From positions 10,979,403 to 11,043,402 of the forward strand of contig CM082587.2 in NCBI GenBank assembly GCA_040954595.2: DNA of 64,000 bases, in the 5' to 3' direction. The notes under the pieces were generated by a model. That model was not told the origin of the DNA and searched no databases. It saw nothing but the letters and a program-made list of their open reading frames with translations. Both the position numbers and the translations under genes were made by a program. Within the stretch, counting starts at the first letter, position 1, and each line of letters opens with the position of its first letter. Of the stretch, positions 12,420 through 23,300 are shown piece by piece. Origin of the DNA: Balanoglossus misakiensis (lineage: Eukaryota > Animalia > Hemichordata).

Positions 12420-12929
12420 GTAAGTGTTGGTGCACAACAGTGCATAGTATCATAGATTAACACACTCAGGTGTGCATTGTGTCAAATGTGAATTAGCCTT
12501 TTAAATCATTTGCGGAGGAATTGCTTAGTTCTACTATCAGTCACACTGTGGTTTAATATCAGATAGGATGATTGTCCACTTCCATGCACCGTCTGTTAAC
12601 ATGTTAAAGCACTAGCCCATTTCTTTGCATTTGTTATTCAGGGGTGATGGAAGAAAACATATTGTAATAGTTCATAGAAATGGTGTTTATTGAATACATC
12701 AGAAAGGAAGGGACTTGTATGTGCAAAACAATCATTGTGCTATGTGGTGTTAAGACCATTGGATAGTGCCATTACTTACAACAGTGGCTTCAATAAAACA
12801 TTGGTATGATGTATGTTTCTTGATATCTCTGCCTTGTTATTGAACTTGTATATTAAATTGCTAAGTGTAAATCAGGTCTAAAAAAATCTTTTGTGATTTG
12901 CATGAGTACATAATAAAAATGCCAGGATG

Positions 12930-14700
12930 TAAGGTCATACAGGGGTCAGGATTCAAGCCTTGTCAGGTTCTTCAGGAGGGAAATGCGGTGTCAGTGAATA
13001 CTGTGTCTGTATTTGTCCGTCTGTGTGTCTCTATGAATGCATACATGTATGCTTGTCATTGTACTTGGACTTGATATTGCTGACTGGTGGAAATGGTTTT
13101 GAAGTGAAATTTTATTCAGATTTGGCTGAGTACATTGCAGCGTAAATGGGAAAATGTCGGGTCATTCAGGGTCAGGTCTGAAGCCTTATTTGGTTGTACA
13201 CGGTAGATGTTGGGGTGTCCGTGTATTTGTGTATGTCTGTGCAAATTCATACATGTATGCCTCTCATTGTACTTGGACTTGATATTGCTAACTGGTGGAA
13301 ATGGTTTTGTAGTGAAATTTTATTCAGATATGGCTGAGTACATTGCAACATAATTATGGGAAAATGTCGGGTCATTCAGGGTCAGGTCTGAAGCCTTATT
13401 TGCTTGTACACGGTGGATGTTGGGGTGTCCGTGTATTTGTTTATGTCTGTGCAAATTCATACATGTATGCCTATCGTACTTGGACTTGATATTGCTAACT
13501 GGTGGAAATGATTTTGAAGTGAAATTTTATTCAGATTTGGCTGAGTACATTGCAACGTAAATGGGAAAATGTCGGGTCATTCAGGGTCAGGTCTGAAGCC
13601 TTATTTGGTTGTACACGGTAGATGTTGGGGTGTCCGTGTATTTGTGTATGTTGTGCAAATTCATACATGTATGCCTATCGTACTTGGACTTGATATTGCT
13701 GACTGGTGGAAATGGTTTTGAAGTGATTTTTTTTTAGATTTGGCTGAGTACATTGCAATGTAAATGGGAAAATGTTGGGTCATACAGGGTCAGGTCTGAA
13801 GCCTTATTTGGTTGTACACGGTAGATGTTGGGGTGTCCGTGTATTTGTGTATGTCTGTGCAAATTCATACATGTATGCCTCTCATTGTACTTGGACTTGA
13901 TATTGCTAACTGGTGGAAATGGTTTTGTAGTGAAATTTTATTCAGATTTGGCTGAGTACATTGCAACGTAAATGGGAAAATGTCGGGTCATTCAGGGTCA
14001 GGTCTGAAGCCTTATTTGGTTGTACACGGTGGATGTTGGGGTGTCCGTGTATTTGTGTATGTCTGTGCAAATTCATACATGTATGCCTATCGTACTTGGA
14101 CTTGATATTGCTGACTGGTGGAAATGGTTTTGAAGTGAATTTTTTTTCAGATTTGGCTGAGTACATTGCAACGTAAATGGGAAAATGTTGGGTCATTCAA
14201 GGTCAGGTCTGAAGCCTTATGTGGTTGTACTTGGTGGATGTTGGGGTGTCCGTGTATTTGTTTATGTCTGTGCAAATTCATACATGTATGCCTATCGTAC
14301 TTGGACTTGATATTGCTAACTGGTGGGAATGATTTTGAAGTGAAATTTTATTCAGATTTGGCTGAGTACATTGCAACGTAAATGGGAAAATGTCGGGTCA
14401 TTCAGGGTCAGGTCTGAAGCCTTATTTGCTTGTACACGGTGGATGTTGGGGTGTCCGTGTATTTGTTTATGTCTGTGCAAATTCATACATGCGTGCCTAT
14501 CGTACTTGGACTTGATATTGCTAAATAGTGGAAATGATTTTTAAAGAAAATTTCACTCAGATCTGAGATTTGTCTGAGCACATTCTAATTAGAATGCTAG
14601 AAAGTTAGGTCATACAGGGGTCAGGATTTAAGCCTTATCCTGTTTTCCAGCAGAAAAAAAGTGTCTGTGATACTTTGTGTGTATATGTGTCTATTTGTAT
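12930..14700. repeat. ~205-bp tandem repeat, about 7 near-identical copies plus diverged flanks
   Basis: gggaaaatgtcgggtcattcagggtcaggtctgaagcc recurs near 13148, 13358, 13563, 13766, 13974, 14179 and 14384. Confidence 0.95.
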
Positions 14701-14913
14701 ACAGGCATGTGGATATGTGTTTATTATGTGTTGCTGTTGAATTACAACTTTGTTCGGACTTAGTTTCTATAAATCACTTCTGTCTGTTAAAAGTTCCACT
14801 ACTTTTTACTGGTTATAATCACTAGTGATGTGATTTGATGAGAAGGTAATCAGTAGTCTGGTGGTGAATGGATAGTAACAACCTAACCAGAGAGTATATT
14901 TGGTTTGTTGCAG

Positions 14914-17900
14914 ATGCCCCGCAGTAGATATTGGAGAAAGAAGAGGAGTCAGAAGAAAGAAGATCCTGTTCTGTCTCAGAACAGGAGTGATGGAGAGGAG
15001 CCTGTCCTCTTAAAAAACAGGAGTACGGATATTGGAACAGAGGAGTCTGTCCTCTTAAAAAACAGGAATACAGAGATAGTAACAGAGGAGTCTGTGCTCT
15101 TAAAAAACAGGAATACGGAGATAGTAACAGAGGAGTCTGTCCTCTCTAAAAACAGGAATACGGATGTTGTAACAGAGGAGTCTGTCCTCTTAAAAAACAG
15201 GAATACGGAGATTGTAACAGAGGAGTCTGTCCTCTTAAAAAACAGGAGTACGGATGTTGACATAATCAGAAAAAGTGACAGTTTGAAAGCAAATAAAGGA
15301 ACAAAAGTGAACAATGACATATTTGAGACTGGAGATCAAAGTGTTGAAAATGATTCAAGTGACGACCTGTATATTGGCAGTGGAACAGGGGACAGCGTTT
15401 ATTCATTTTCTCCATTAACTTTTGATGTATGTGAACAGCTGTGTTGCAAATTTGACATTGTAGATAAAAATGATATTGATATTTTCAATAAACTTGGAAG
15501 TGTTACGATTGGAGAACCATGTAAGTACAAGTCAATAATTGGTGATGGTAACTGTTATTTTAGGTCCTTGTCATATTGTATAAGTGGGACTGAGCAAAAT
15601 CACAGAGTTATTCGAATGGCTATTGTGAATCACTTGAAAGCCAATGAGGAAGTATATTCAGGCTGGGTAAGGTTAGATGGATATACATCAGTTGCTGATT
15701 ATATTGAGAAGTCCAGAATGGATCATCTAGGCACATGGGCTACAGAAACTGAAATCCTTGCCACTACAAATCTCTTCAATGTGAATATTTTTGTGTACAG
15801 TTTTGATAGTTGGTGGAAACATTCTTGTAATATAATCAATAAAAACAATGTTGATAGAGGTGTTGGTATATACCTGAACCATCGTAATAGAAACCATTAT
15901 GAAGTTGTAGAGTGTGTGAAGACACCACAGTTGGAAACTAGTCACTGTACACACATTGAGTGCGATGTAGATGTCCCTGTTGAGATTGTGACTGGAGAAT
16001 GCATGGATGTGACAGACAATGACTGTGCAAAACAGATTGGATTGAAAAATGAGGTCCATTTGGATGAGGTATTTGCAACACATGATGAACTTCAGTGTCT
16101 TGCACCAGTAAGAGGTGAGAAACGTGGAAGAGCCATGGGTGAACGGCTGAAAAAGAAACTAAGGCGTGAAAAGTATGAAAGTAGAAAAGGTAAAATTAAT
16201 GAATTAAGTGTATCCACTAGTGTGAGGACCTGTAAAACAGTTAGAGAATATGAACGTTATCAGACTAATTTTGAATATAGAGACAACATGAAATTGGAGA
16301 AGAGAAAGAGATATCGTGAAGATGTACTTTATAGAGAGGACAAAAAACGTAAATTATCGGGAAGATACAAACATGATCAAGTATTTTGTGAAGTACAGAA
16401 AACTGTGTGTGCGGAACAGTGCGTAGCAAAATATGAAAATGTCCAACTATACAGAGAACACAAGAAGAGTCAGAGTGCAGCACACTGTGTTGACAAGTAT
16501 AAAAAGGATGAGAAATTCCGAGAACACAAGAAGTGTAAGAGTGCAGCACATTGTGTTGACAAGTATAAAAAGGATGAGAAATTCCGAGAACACAAGAAGT
16601 GTAAGAGTGCAGCACACTGTGTTGACAAGTATAAAAAGGATGAGAAATTCCGAGAACACAAGAAGTGTAAGAGTGCAGCACATTGTGTTGACAAGTATAA
16701 AAAGGATCAGAAGTTCCGAGAACACAAGAAGTGTAAGAGTGCAGCACAATGTTTTGAAAAGTACCAGAAGGATCAGCAGTTTCAAATATATCAGAAAAGA
16801 CAATGCTTAGATAGGTACAAAAAGTGTGAGCATTATAAAGAGACTGTGTTGGAGAGAAGGCGTACTGAAAGGAAAGTGAATAAAAATGAAAAGGCAAATA
16901 TAGAAAATGTTATAATTGATTTTAGGAATCAGACTTCAGTTGGGCCAAATTGTGTATGTTCAGTTTGTCACCGGCGACTTTTTAGAAAACAGGTAATTGT
17001 TTGTAAGATGGATAACTATGTCTCTAAGGGAGGTCTCTGTGAAATAAATGCCAACAAATGCATAACACAAGATTATGTACACAACTGTAGTGAATTATGT
17101 ATTGTTGATTGTCCCCTTAAGAGCAGTGCAGCCAGTAAATTATGGATTTGTCACACATGCCATAGCAAACTCTTGCGTGCAGAGATGCCTGTTCAAGCTT
17201 CTGCAAACAATCTTGATGTCAAACCAATCCCCAATGAATTAAAATGCCTGAATTCGTTAGAGCAACATTTAATTGCACTGCATATTCCTTTCATGAAAAT
17301 GATGGCACTACCAAGAGGTGGACAAAATGGTGTTCATGGACCTGTTGTGTGTGTCCCGTCTAATATTGAAAAGACCACAAGTATTTTGCCTAGAGGTGAA
17401 TTGGATGACCAGATGATAAAGGTGAAATTGAAGCGGAAATTAAGTTATAAAGGTTGTTATCAGTATCAATTTGTAAACAAAGGGCACATACAAAATGCAC
17501 TGGAATACCTACAGAAAAATAACATGTGGTATAATGATGTGAAATTTAATCTCACTTGGGAAAGTACTCTTGAAAAGACTGAAGAAAAAAATGATGGTGA
17601 AGGTAATGTAAACAATGAGGAAAAAACTTCAGATACTGAAGGCAATGATGTAGCATCTGCAGACACAGAAGATGGAAATGAACCTGATAGAGATACAAAT
17701 GGAATATTAATGGACACATGCTTTCAACCAGTTGACATAGGTCAGGATATTCTTGATTATCACTTTGATGATATCGCTTGTGTTGCTCCTGGTGAGGATA
17801 ATAAACCTGTGAGAGTGTTGATAGAAAAGTTCAATGAAGCGAAGTGCTTTCCTGTGATATTCCCAACGGGGTCACCAACATTTCACGATGACCGAGAGGT

Positions 17901-20900
17901 TAAGATAACAATAGGACGATACCTGCAGAGTCGTCTCATGAATGCAAGCAACAGGTTTGCCAGAAGCACAGACTATATATTTTACGCACAATATCGTTCA
18001 GAACTTGACCAGGTTGTATCAAATGTGTCAATTGCTTTGAGAAAAGGAACTGCCAACGCCTGTGGTAAAAAGGTGACATCTGATGTTCTGACTGATGGGG
18101 ATTCTTTGAGAGAGATATTGAAGTGTGATGAAGGCTACAAGTTTTTAAAACCAGTACGAGGGACTCCCCCTTATTGGCAATCAACACAGAAAGATATTTT
18201 TGCAATGATCAGACAGTTAGGTATACCGACATGGTTCTGCTCATTTTCTGCTGCTGACTTAAGATGGAAAGAAGTAATTGAAACTATCCTACGTGAAGAA
18301 GGTGATGTACGTTATGCTGAGGATCTCGATTGGTCTGAGAAATGTGGTATCTTGAGACGAAATCCCGTAACAGCAGCAAGAATGTTTGATCATAGATTCC
18401 ATTGTTTCTTGAATGAGGTAATAATGTCACCAGCTAGTCCTATTGGGAAGATCAAAGATTATTTTTATCGAGTTGAGTTTCAGCAGCGTGGATCACCACA
18501 CACTCACTGTTTGTTTTGGGTTGAAAATGCACCAAAAGTGGACAAAGATTCTGATGAAGATGTTGTTGAGTTTGTTGACACATATGTAACATGCGAAATG
18601 CCTTCTATAGAGGAGGATGAGGTACTGCACGAGATTGTGAAAACAGTCCAGAAACACAGCTCAAGGCATTCAAAATCTTGCAAGAAAAAGGGTACTACTT
18701 GTCGATTCAATTTTCCCCGACCTCCTTCAAACAAAACCTTTGTATGCCACCCTTCTGTCACCATAGATACCGGAATAGAGGTAACAGATGACGATCAGTG
18801 TAAGGATGATCAAATCACTACATCACTAGAAAGTGAATTTGAAAATAGTTTGCCTCAGTTGGATGATACAGCATTGGTTCAGAAGAAGGCTAGACAAATT
18901 TTAGAACGAGTGTGGACATGCCTGTGCGACAAAGAGAAACAAATTGACACTATTGATGATTTGTTCAATGCAGTTGGCATATCCCAGGAAATGTTTGAAC
19001 AAGCAAATGCAATTTTGGCCAAGAAGACAAGTGTAGTTCTAAAACGTGAACCAAGTGATGTTTGGGTAAATCCATATAATGCCAACCTCCTTCGTTGCTG
19101 GAATGCAAATATGGACATTCAGTTTGTTGTGGATGCATATGCCTGTGTTGTGTACATTGTGTCATACATCTCTAAGGCCGAAAGAGAAATGGGTTTACTC
19201 TTGGAACATGCACAGAAAGAGGCTTACAGAGAAGGTAATATGGATGCAAAGTCTGCCATGAAAGAGTTAGGTGGTGTATATCTGCACAACAGGGAAATTA
19301 GTGCCCAAGAAGCTGTGTATAGGGTATGTGGTTTGAAACTGAAACAATCATCACGAAAAGTTCAGTTTATTCCAACAGGAGAAAATCAAATCAAAATGAG
19401 TTTGCCATTAAAAGCAATACAGAAGAAAGTGAATGGTGATGATTTTGACGAGGAGGAGATATGGATGAATAGCATTGTTGACAGGTACAAGAACAGACCA
19501 AATGGGGTAGATTTCGACAACATGTGTCTTGCCACATTTTGTTCTGAATACAGAGTGGTTTCAAAATCAGAAATGAAAAATGTGAGTAATGAAAAACGCC
19601 ACAGTCCAATAGTAAAGTTGAAAAACGATGTTGGTTACATGCAGAAAAGATCCAGAAGTGATGGGGCTGTTGTGAGATATGCTAGATTTTCTGTTACCAA
19701 ATATCCAGAAAAGCACTATGGCAGTATATTACAACTGTTTCTCCCATATCGTACTGAATTACAACTGAAACCTAGTGGATTTGAATCGTATGAGGATTTC
19801 TATTGTCTTGGTGCAGTGAAATGTGGCTCTGCTTCTTTAGAAAAGGTTAAAATGATCGTAGATGCCAATAAAGCATTATTTGAAACAGAGGCTGAAGCTA
19901 TTGATGCAGCTGGACAATTTCTTGATGATAATGGCCATCTTGAAGATGCATTGGCACAAATATGTCCAGAAAATGAATTAGAACGATTGGAATGCATTGA
20001 AGAAGGTAAAAAGTGCTGTGATAATGATCCGGTGGATGACAGTGATATTCCAGATTTGGTACAAAAACCCAAAGGTGAAGATTGTCATGTAGAAATTTCA
20101 CATTCAATGAAGAAATATGAGGTTGAAGCAATGTGTAGATCTTTGAACAAGAAACAAGCAGAAGTGTTTTACACTGTCAGGAAGTGGTGTTTGGACAAAA
20201 GCAATGGCAAGAATCCAGAACCCTTTTATTTGTTTGTCACTGGTGGTGCTGGTACTGGGAAAAGTCACTTAATCAAAGCCATATATCACGAAGCCAAACG
20301 AATTCTAGCTCGTGCAATGCCAGATGTGGATGGAATTTCTATTGCTTTAACTGCACCAACAGGAGTAGCAGCTTTTAATGTACAAGGCACAACTCTCCAT
20401 CATATATTCTCCATAGCAGTTGACTCAAAGTTGCCATATCAGCCATTACGTGAAGAAAAGCTCAATACTCTTCGTTGCAAGTTTGGTAACCTGCACATTT
20501 TGATAATAGATGAGATTTCTATGGTAGACAAAAAGTTACTGTACTATGTTCATGGAAGACTACGACAAATCAAACAGTCATCGGCTCAGTCACCATTTGG
20601 GAATGTCTGTGTTATTGCTGTGGGTGATTTTTATCAACTCCCGCCTGTAAAAGCAAGTCCACTGTGCATAGACCGTGAATCCGTCAATCTGTGGAATGAT
20701 AATTTCAGTATGGTAGAATTAACTGAAATAATGAGACAGAAAGACTGTGCATTTGCAGAGGCACTAAATCGAGTAAGAGTTCACAAGAAAGGGGACACAC
20801 TCAAAGATGGTGATGTGGCAATGTTTCAAAAGTGTGTTACTGGTGAAACATCTGAGGCAATGCATGTTTTTGCTACAAATGCAGAGGTTAATAGCTGTAA

Positions 20901-22227
20901 TGTTGAAATGCTTCATTCTCAATGTTCTGATCCTGTGTGTATTGAAGCAGAAGATTTTAGCAGGAATCCTAAAAGTGGAAGACTAGAAAAAAAGGAAGGT
21001 CACCATGTCAAAGTGTACAGGACAACTTTGCCAAAGACTCTTACTCTAGCTGTTGGTGCACGAGTCCAATTGACGCATAACATTGATGTTGCTGATGGTT
21101 TGGTGAATGGCGTATTTGGCACAGTATGTCACATTGCAGTAAAACCAAATGAAAAATTCCCAGCTGCCATTTATGTTGTATTTGATAATGAGAAAGTTGG
21201 CCAAGGATTGCGTAAAAAGAAGCCTATAACTATATCTGACCTTCCAGTAAACAGTACCCCTATAGAACCTCAGGAAATGTCAGTTGCAAGTAATGGTGGT
21301 ATAAGGAGGCAGTTTCCTTTAAAACTAGCTTGGGCATGTACAGTGCATAAGGTACAGGGATTGACAGTTGAAAAAGCTGTTGTTAATTTGAAGAAGATGT
21401 TTGCACCAGGACAGGCATACGTGGCATTGAGTCGAGTGACATCATTAGATGGTCTTATTATTAATGACTTCAACACATCATCCATATATTGCAATGAAAA
21501 GGTCCAAGAAGCCCTGGAAACAATGCCAAAGTTTCTTCCCAAGTGTACTCAGAGAGAACAGAGTAATTATACATGCTCATTTGTATTGCATAATGTGGAG
21601 GGACTTGTCAATCACATTAAAGATATTTGCAATGACAGTGAATATTTGGAAGCAGACTTCATTTGTTTGACAGAGACATGGTTATCTGAAAAAGGAACAC
21701 ATTGTAATTTGCAATTGGGCGGATTTGAATTCAATCACAAACCTCGATCTCAATCCTACAATGAATTTGATACAAATACATCAAGTCTACAGTTGCAACA
21801 GCGGGGTGGTGTTGGAGTCTATAGCAAATTATGTAATGATTTTGAAATTTTGCATTTGGCTGTGTGTAATTTGGAATGTATTTCATTTTATGTCACTAAA
21901 ATCAATGTTACAGTAGCTGTAGTTTACAGACCACCATCATACAAAGCAGAGGCATTCAAAAGTAGTTTCGTTTGTTTGGTGAAAGCAATGGAAAAATACC
22001 CAGGAGGCAAACTGATCATGGGTGATTTCAATGAAGATATCTTGACCCGGTCATCACTTGTAAAGTTCATGGAAGATCATGGTTTCAGACAAACTGTAAG
22101 CGAACCAACTACAGAAGCTAATACATTGATTGATCATGTGTATGTGAAAGGAGTAAAAAATGTGACAGTAAATGTTGTACCAAAATACTTCAGCTTTCAT
22201 GAAGCAATAAGCATCAAAATATATTAA
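14914..22227 (+). CDS. Helentron polyprotein: OTU-like cysteine protease, Cys-rich region, HUH Rep endonuclease, Pif1-family helicase and C-terminal AP endonuclease
   Basis: Intact ORF of ~2437 aa. OTU: GDGNCYFRSLS..WATETEI..NHY. Rep: VEFQQRGSPHTH and YIVSYISK. Pif1: GGAGTGKS, IIDEISMV, GDFYQLPPV, QFPLKLAWACTVHKVQGLT, YVALSRV. APE: HNVEGL, LTETWL, VYRPP, GDFNED, IDHVY, FHEAI. Confidence 0.96.
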   Translation: MPRSRYWRKKRSQKKEDPVLSQNRSDGEEPVLLKNRSTDIGTEESVLLKNRNTEIVTEESVLLKNRNTEIVTEESVLSKNRNTDVVTEESVLLKNRNTEIVTEESVLLKNRSTDVDIIRKSDSLKANKGTKVNNDIFETGDQSVENDSSDDLYIGSGTGDSVYSFSPLTFDVCEQLCCKFDIVDKNDIDIFNKLGSVTIGEPCKYKSIIGDGNCYFRSLSYCISGTEQNHRVIRMAIVNHLKANEEVYSGWVRLDGYTSVADYIEKSRMDHLGTWATETEILATTNLFNVNIFVYSFDSWWKHSCNIINKNNVDRGVGIYLNHRNRNHYEVVECVKTPQLETSHCTHIECDVDVPVEIVTGECMDVTDNDCAKQIGLKNEVHLDEVFATHDELQCLAPVRGEKRGRAMGERLKKKLRREKYESRKGKINELSVSTSVRTCKTVREYERYQTNFEYRDNMKLEKRKRYREDVLYREDKKRKLSGRYKHDQVFCEVQKTVCAEQCVAKYENVQLYREHKKSQSAAHCVDKYKKDEKFREHKKCKSAAHCVDKYKKDEKFREHKKCKSAAHCVDKYKKDEKFREHKKCKSAAHCVDKYKKDQKFREHKKCKSAAQCFEKYQKDQQFQIYQKRQCLDRYKKCEHYKETVLERRRTERKVNKNEKANIENVIIDFRNQTSVGPNCVCSVCHRRLFRKQVIVCKMDNYVSKGGLCEINANKCITQDYVHNCSELCIVDCPLKSSAASKLWICHTCHSKLLRAEMPVQASANNLDVKPIPNELKCLNSLEQHLIALHIPFMKMMALPRGGQNGVHGPVVCVPSNIEKTTSILPRGELDDQMIKVKLKRKLSYKGCYQYQFVNKGHIQNALEYLQKNNMWYNDVKFNLTWESTLEKTEEKNDGEGNVNNEEKTSDTEGNDVASADTEDGNEPDRDTNGILMDTCFQPVDIGQDILDYHFDDIACVAPGEDNKPVRVLIEKFNEAKCFPVIFPTGSPTFHDDREVKITIGRYLQSRLMNASNRFARSTDYIFYAQYRSELDQVVSNVSIALRKGTANACGKKVTSDVLTDGDSLREILKCDEGYKFLKPVRGTPPYWQSTQKDIFAMIRQLGIPTWFCSFSAADLRWKEVIETILREEGDVRYAEDLDWSEKCGILRRNPVTAARMFDHRFHCFLNEVIMSPASPIGKIKDYFYRVEFQQRGSPHTHCLFWVENAPKVDKDSDEDVVEFVDTYVTCEMPSIEEDEVLHEIVKTVQKHSSRHSKSCKKKGTTCRFNFPRPPSNKTFVCHPSVTIDTGIEVTDDDQCKDDQITTSLESEFENSLPQLDDTALVQKKARQILERVWTCLCDKEKQIDTIDDLFNAVGISQEMFEQANAILAKKTSVVLKREPSDVWVNPYNANLLRCWNANMDIQFVVDAYACVVYIVSYISKAEREMGLLLEHAQKEAYREGNMDAKSAMKELGGVYLHNREISAQEAVYRVCGLKLKQSSRKVQFIPTGENQIKMSLPLKAIQKKVNGDDFDEEEIWMNSIVDRYKNRPNGVDFDNMCLATFCSEYRVVSKSEMKNVSNEKRHSPIVKLKNDVGYMQKRSRSDGAVVRYARFSVTKYPEKHYGSILQLFLPYRTELQLKPSGFESYEDFYCLGAVKCGSASLEKVKMIVDANKALFETEAEAIDAAGQFLDDNGHLEDALAQICPENELERLECIEEGKKCCDNDPVDDSDIPDLVQKPKGEDCHVEISHSMKKYEVEAMCRSLNKKQAEVFYTVRKWCLDKSNGKNPEPFYLFVTGGAGTGKSHLIKAIYHEAKRILARAMPDVDGISIALTAPTGVAAFNVQGTTLHHIFSIAVDSKLPYQPLREEKLNTLRCKFGNLHILIIDEISMVDKKLLYYVHGRLRQIKQSSAQSPFGNVCVIAVGDFYQLPPVKASPLCIDRESVNLWNDNFSMVELTEIMRQKDCAFAEALNRVRVHKKGDTLKDGDVAMFQKCVTGETSEAMHVFATNAEVNSCNVEMLHSQCSDPVCIEAEDFSRNPKSGRLEKKEGHHVKVYRTTLPKTLTLAVGARVQLTHNIDVADGLVNGVFGTVCHIAVKPNEKFPAAIYVVFDNEKVGQGLRKKKPITISDLPVNSTPIEPQEMSVASNGGIRRQFPLKLAWACTVHKVQGLTVEKAVVNLKKMFAPGQAYVALSRVTSLDGLIINDFNTSSIYCNEKVQEALETMPKFLPKCTQREQSNYTCSFVLHNVEGLVNHIKDICNDSEYLEADFICLTETWLSEKGTHCNLQLGGFEFNHKPRSQSYNEFDTNTSSLQLQQRGGVGVYSKLCNDFEILHLAVCNLECISFYVTKINVTVAVVYRPPSYKAEAFKSSFVCLVKAMEKYPGGKLIMGDFNEDILTRSSLVKFMEDHGFRQTVSEPTTEANTLIDHVYVKGVKNVTVNVVPKYFSFHEAISIKIY

Positions 22228-23249
22228 TTTAGACTTGTGTTTTGAAATAAAATCAGTATTATTACAAAAATAAAGATATAACCCAACGCGAGGAATAACC
22301 TCATTCAGGTACATGATTTAATAATGGCCTTGTTACGGAAAAGCTGAGTGATGGTACCAGACCTTGTTGCTTCACCAAGGCAAAGTGTGTGCCTCTGGTG
22401 GTAGGACATGACCAGGCAAGTGATCTGATTTGGCGGGCGACTTGTACTTGTCGCTGCGCTCCTTGCCTCGTCATACTGCCAGTTGCACACTATGGTGAAC
22501 AGCAATGAGGTCTGGGAGTGAGACTAGATAAAAGCAAAACTACCCAGCAAGAGGTTAAATGTTCTTATACTGGCTACTACCATAAATCAATTCAAATACT
22601 TAATTGTCAACAATAGCTGTGCAACTTGTCTTCAGGCTCATCAATCAGTTATAAATTCAGGATAAATGACATTTTGATAACAATGTATATACACAGACAC
22701 AAAAAAGACAACATGATGAAAAGCACATCTGCAGCACTGGATAAAACTAAAAAAGGATGAAACTTGAATTTCAAATAGATACAGCTATTCGGAAAACTGT
22801 TTTCCAAAGGAACTGTTTCCTGATAAATTGAACTCTGTAGCATGTCCATAATTGGAGATTTTGAAAGATATTTTAAAGTGGGTGTTCAGGATCTGTAGAA
22901 ATATTATGTGCATGTTGTTCAACTGCCTTATCGTACTTATATGCCAGAGAATTATGACAGCAGCCAATAACTTTCCCTGCAATACTCATAATATGAGAAA
23001 GCTGAAATCAACATTTTACATAACATGTATTTACCTTACCGCAAAATAATATTGACCACCAGATTGCTCTCGATAAGGTAACGATAAGGTAGCGATACAC
23101 CAACCACAAATAATTTGTCTAACACGATGTGATTTAACTTTCAGAAAAAAGTATAAACTCTGGGGGAGGACAGGGTAATTAAGACAGGTTGTCTACATGC
23201 CTTAATGAGTTGTCAGTCTGTCTGTCTGTCTGTTTCATGCATGCAGGCA

Positions 23250-23300
23250 TGTATGTATGTGTATGTATGTATGTATGTATGTATGTATGTATGTATGAAT
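23250..23300. repeat. (TATG)n microsatellite
   Basis: Directly visible. Confidence 0.9.

Noticed and set aside
13942-14381. Duplicated 71-aa ORFs
   Set aside because: By-products of the 205-bp tandem repeat, not open in all copies.
14914-22227. Host PIF1 helicase gene
   Set aside because: Intronless fusion with HUH Rep, OTU and APE domains is a Helentron architecture.
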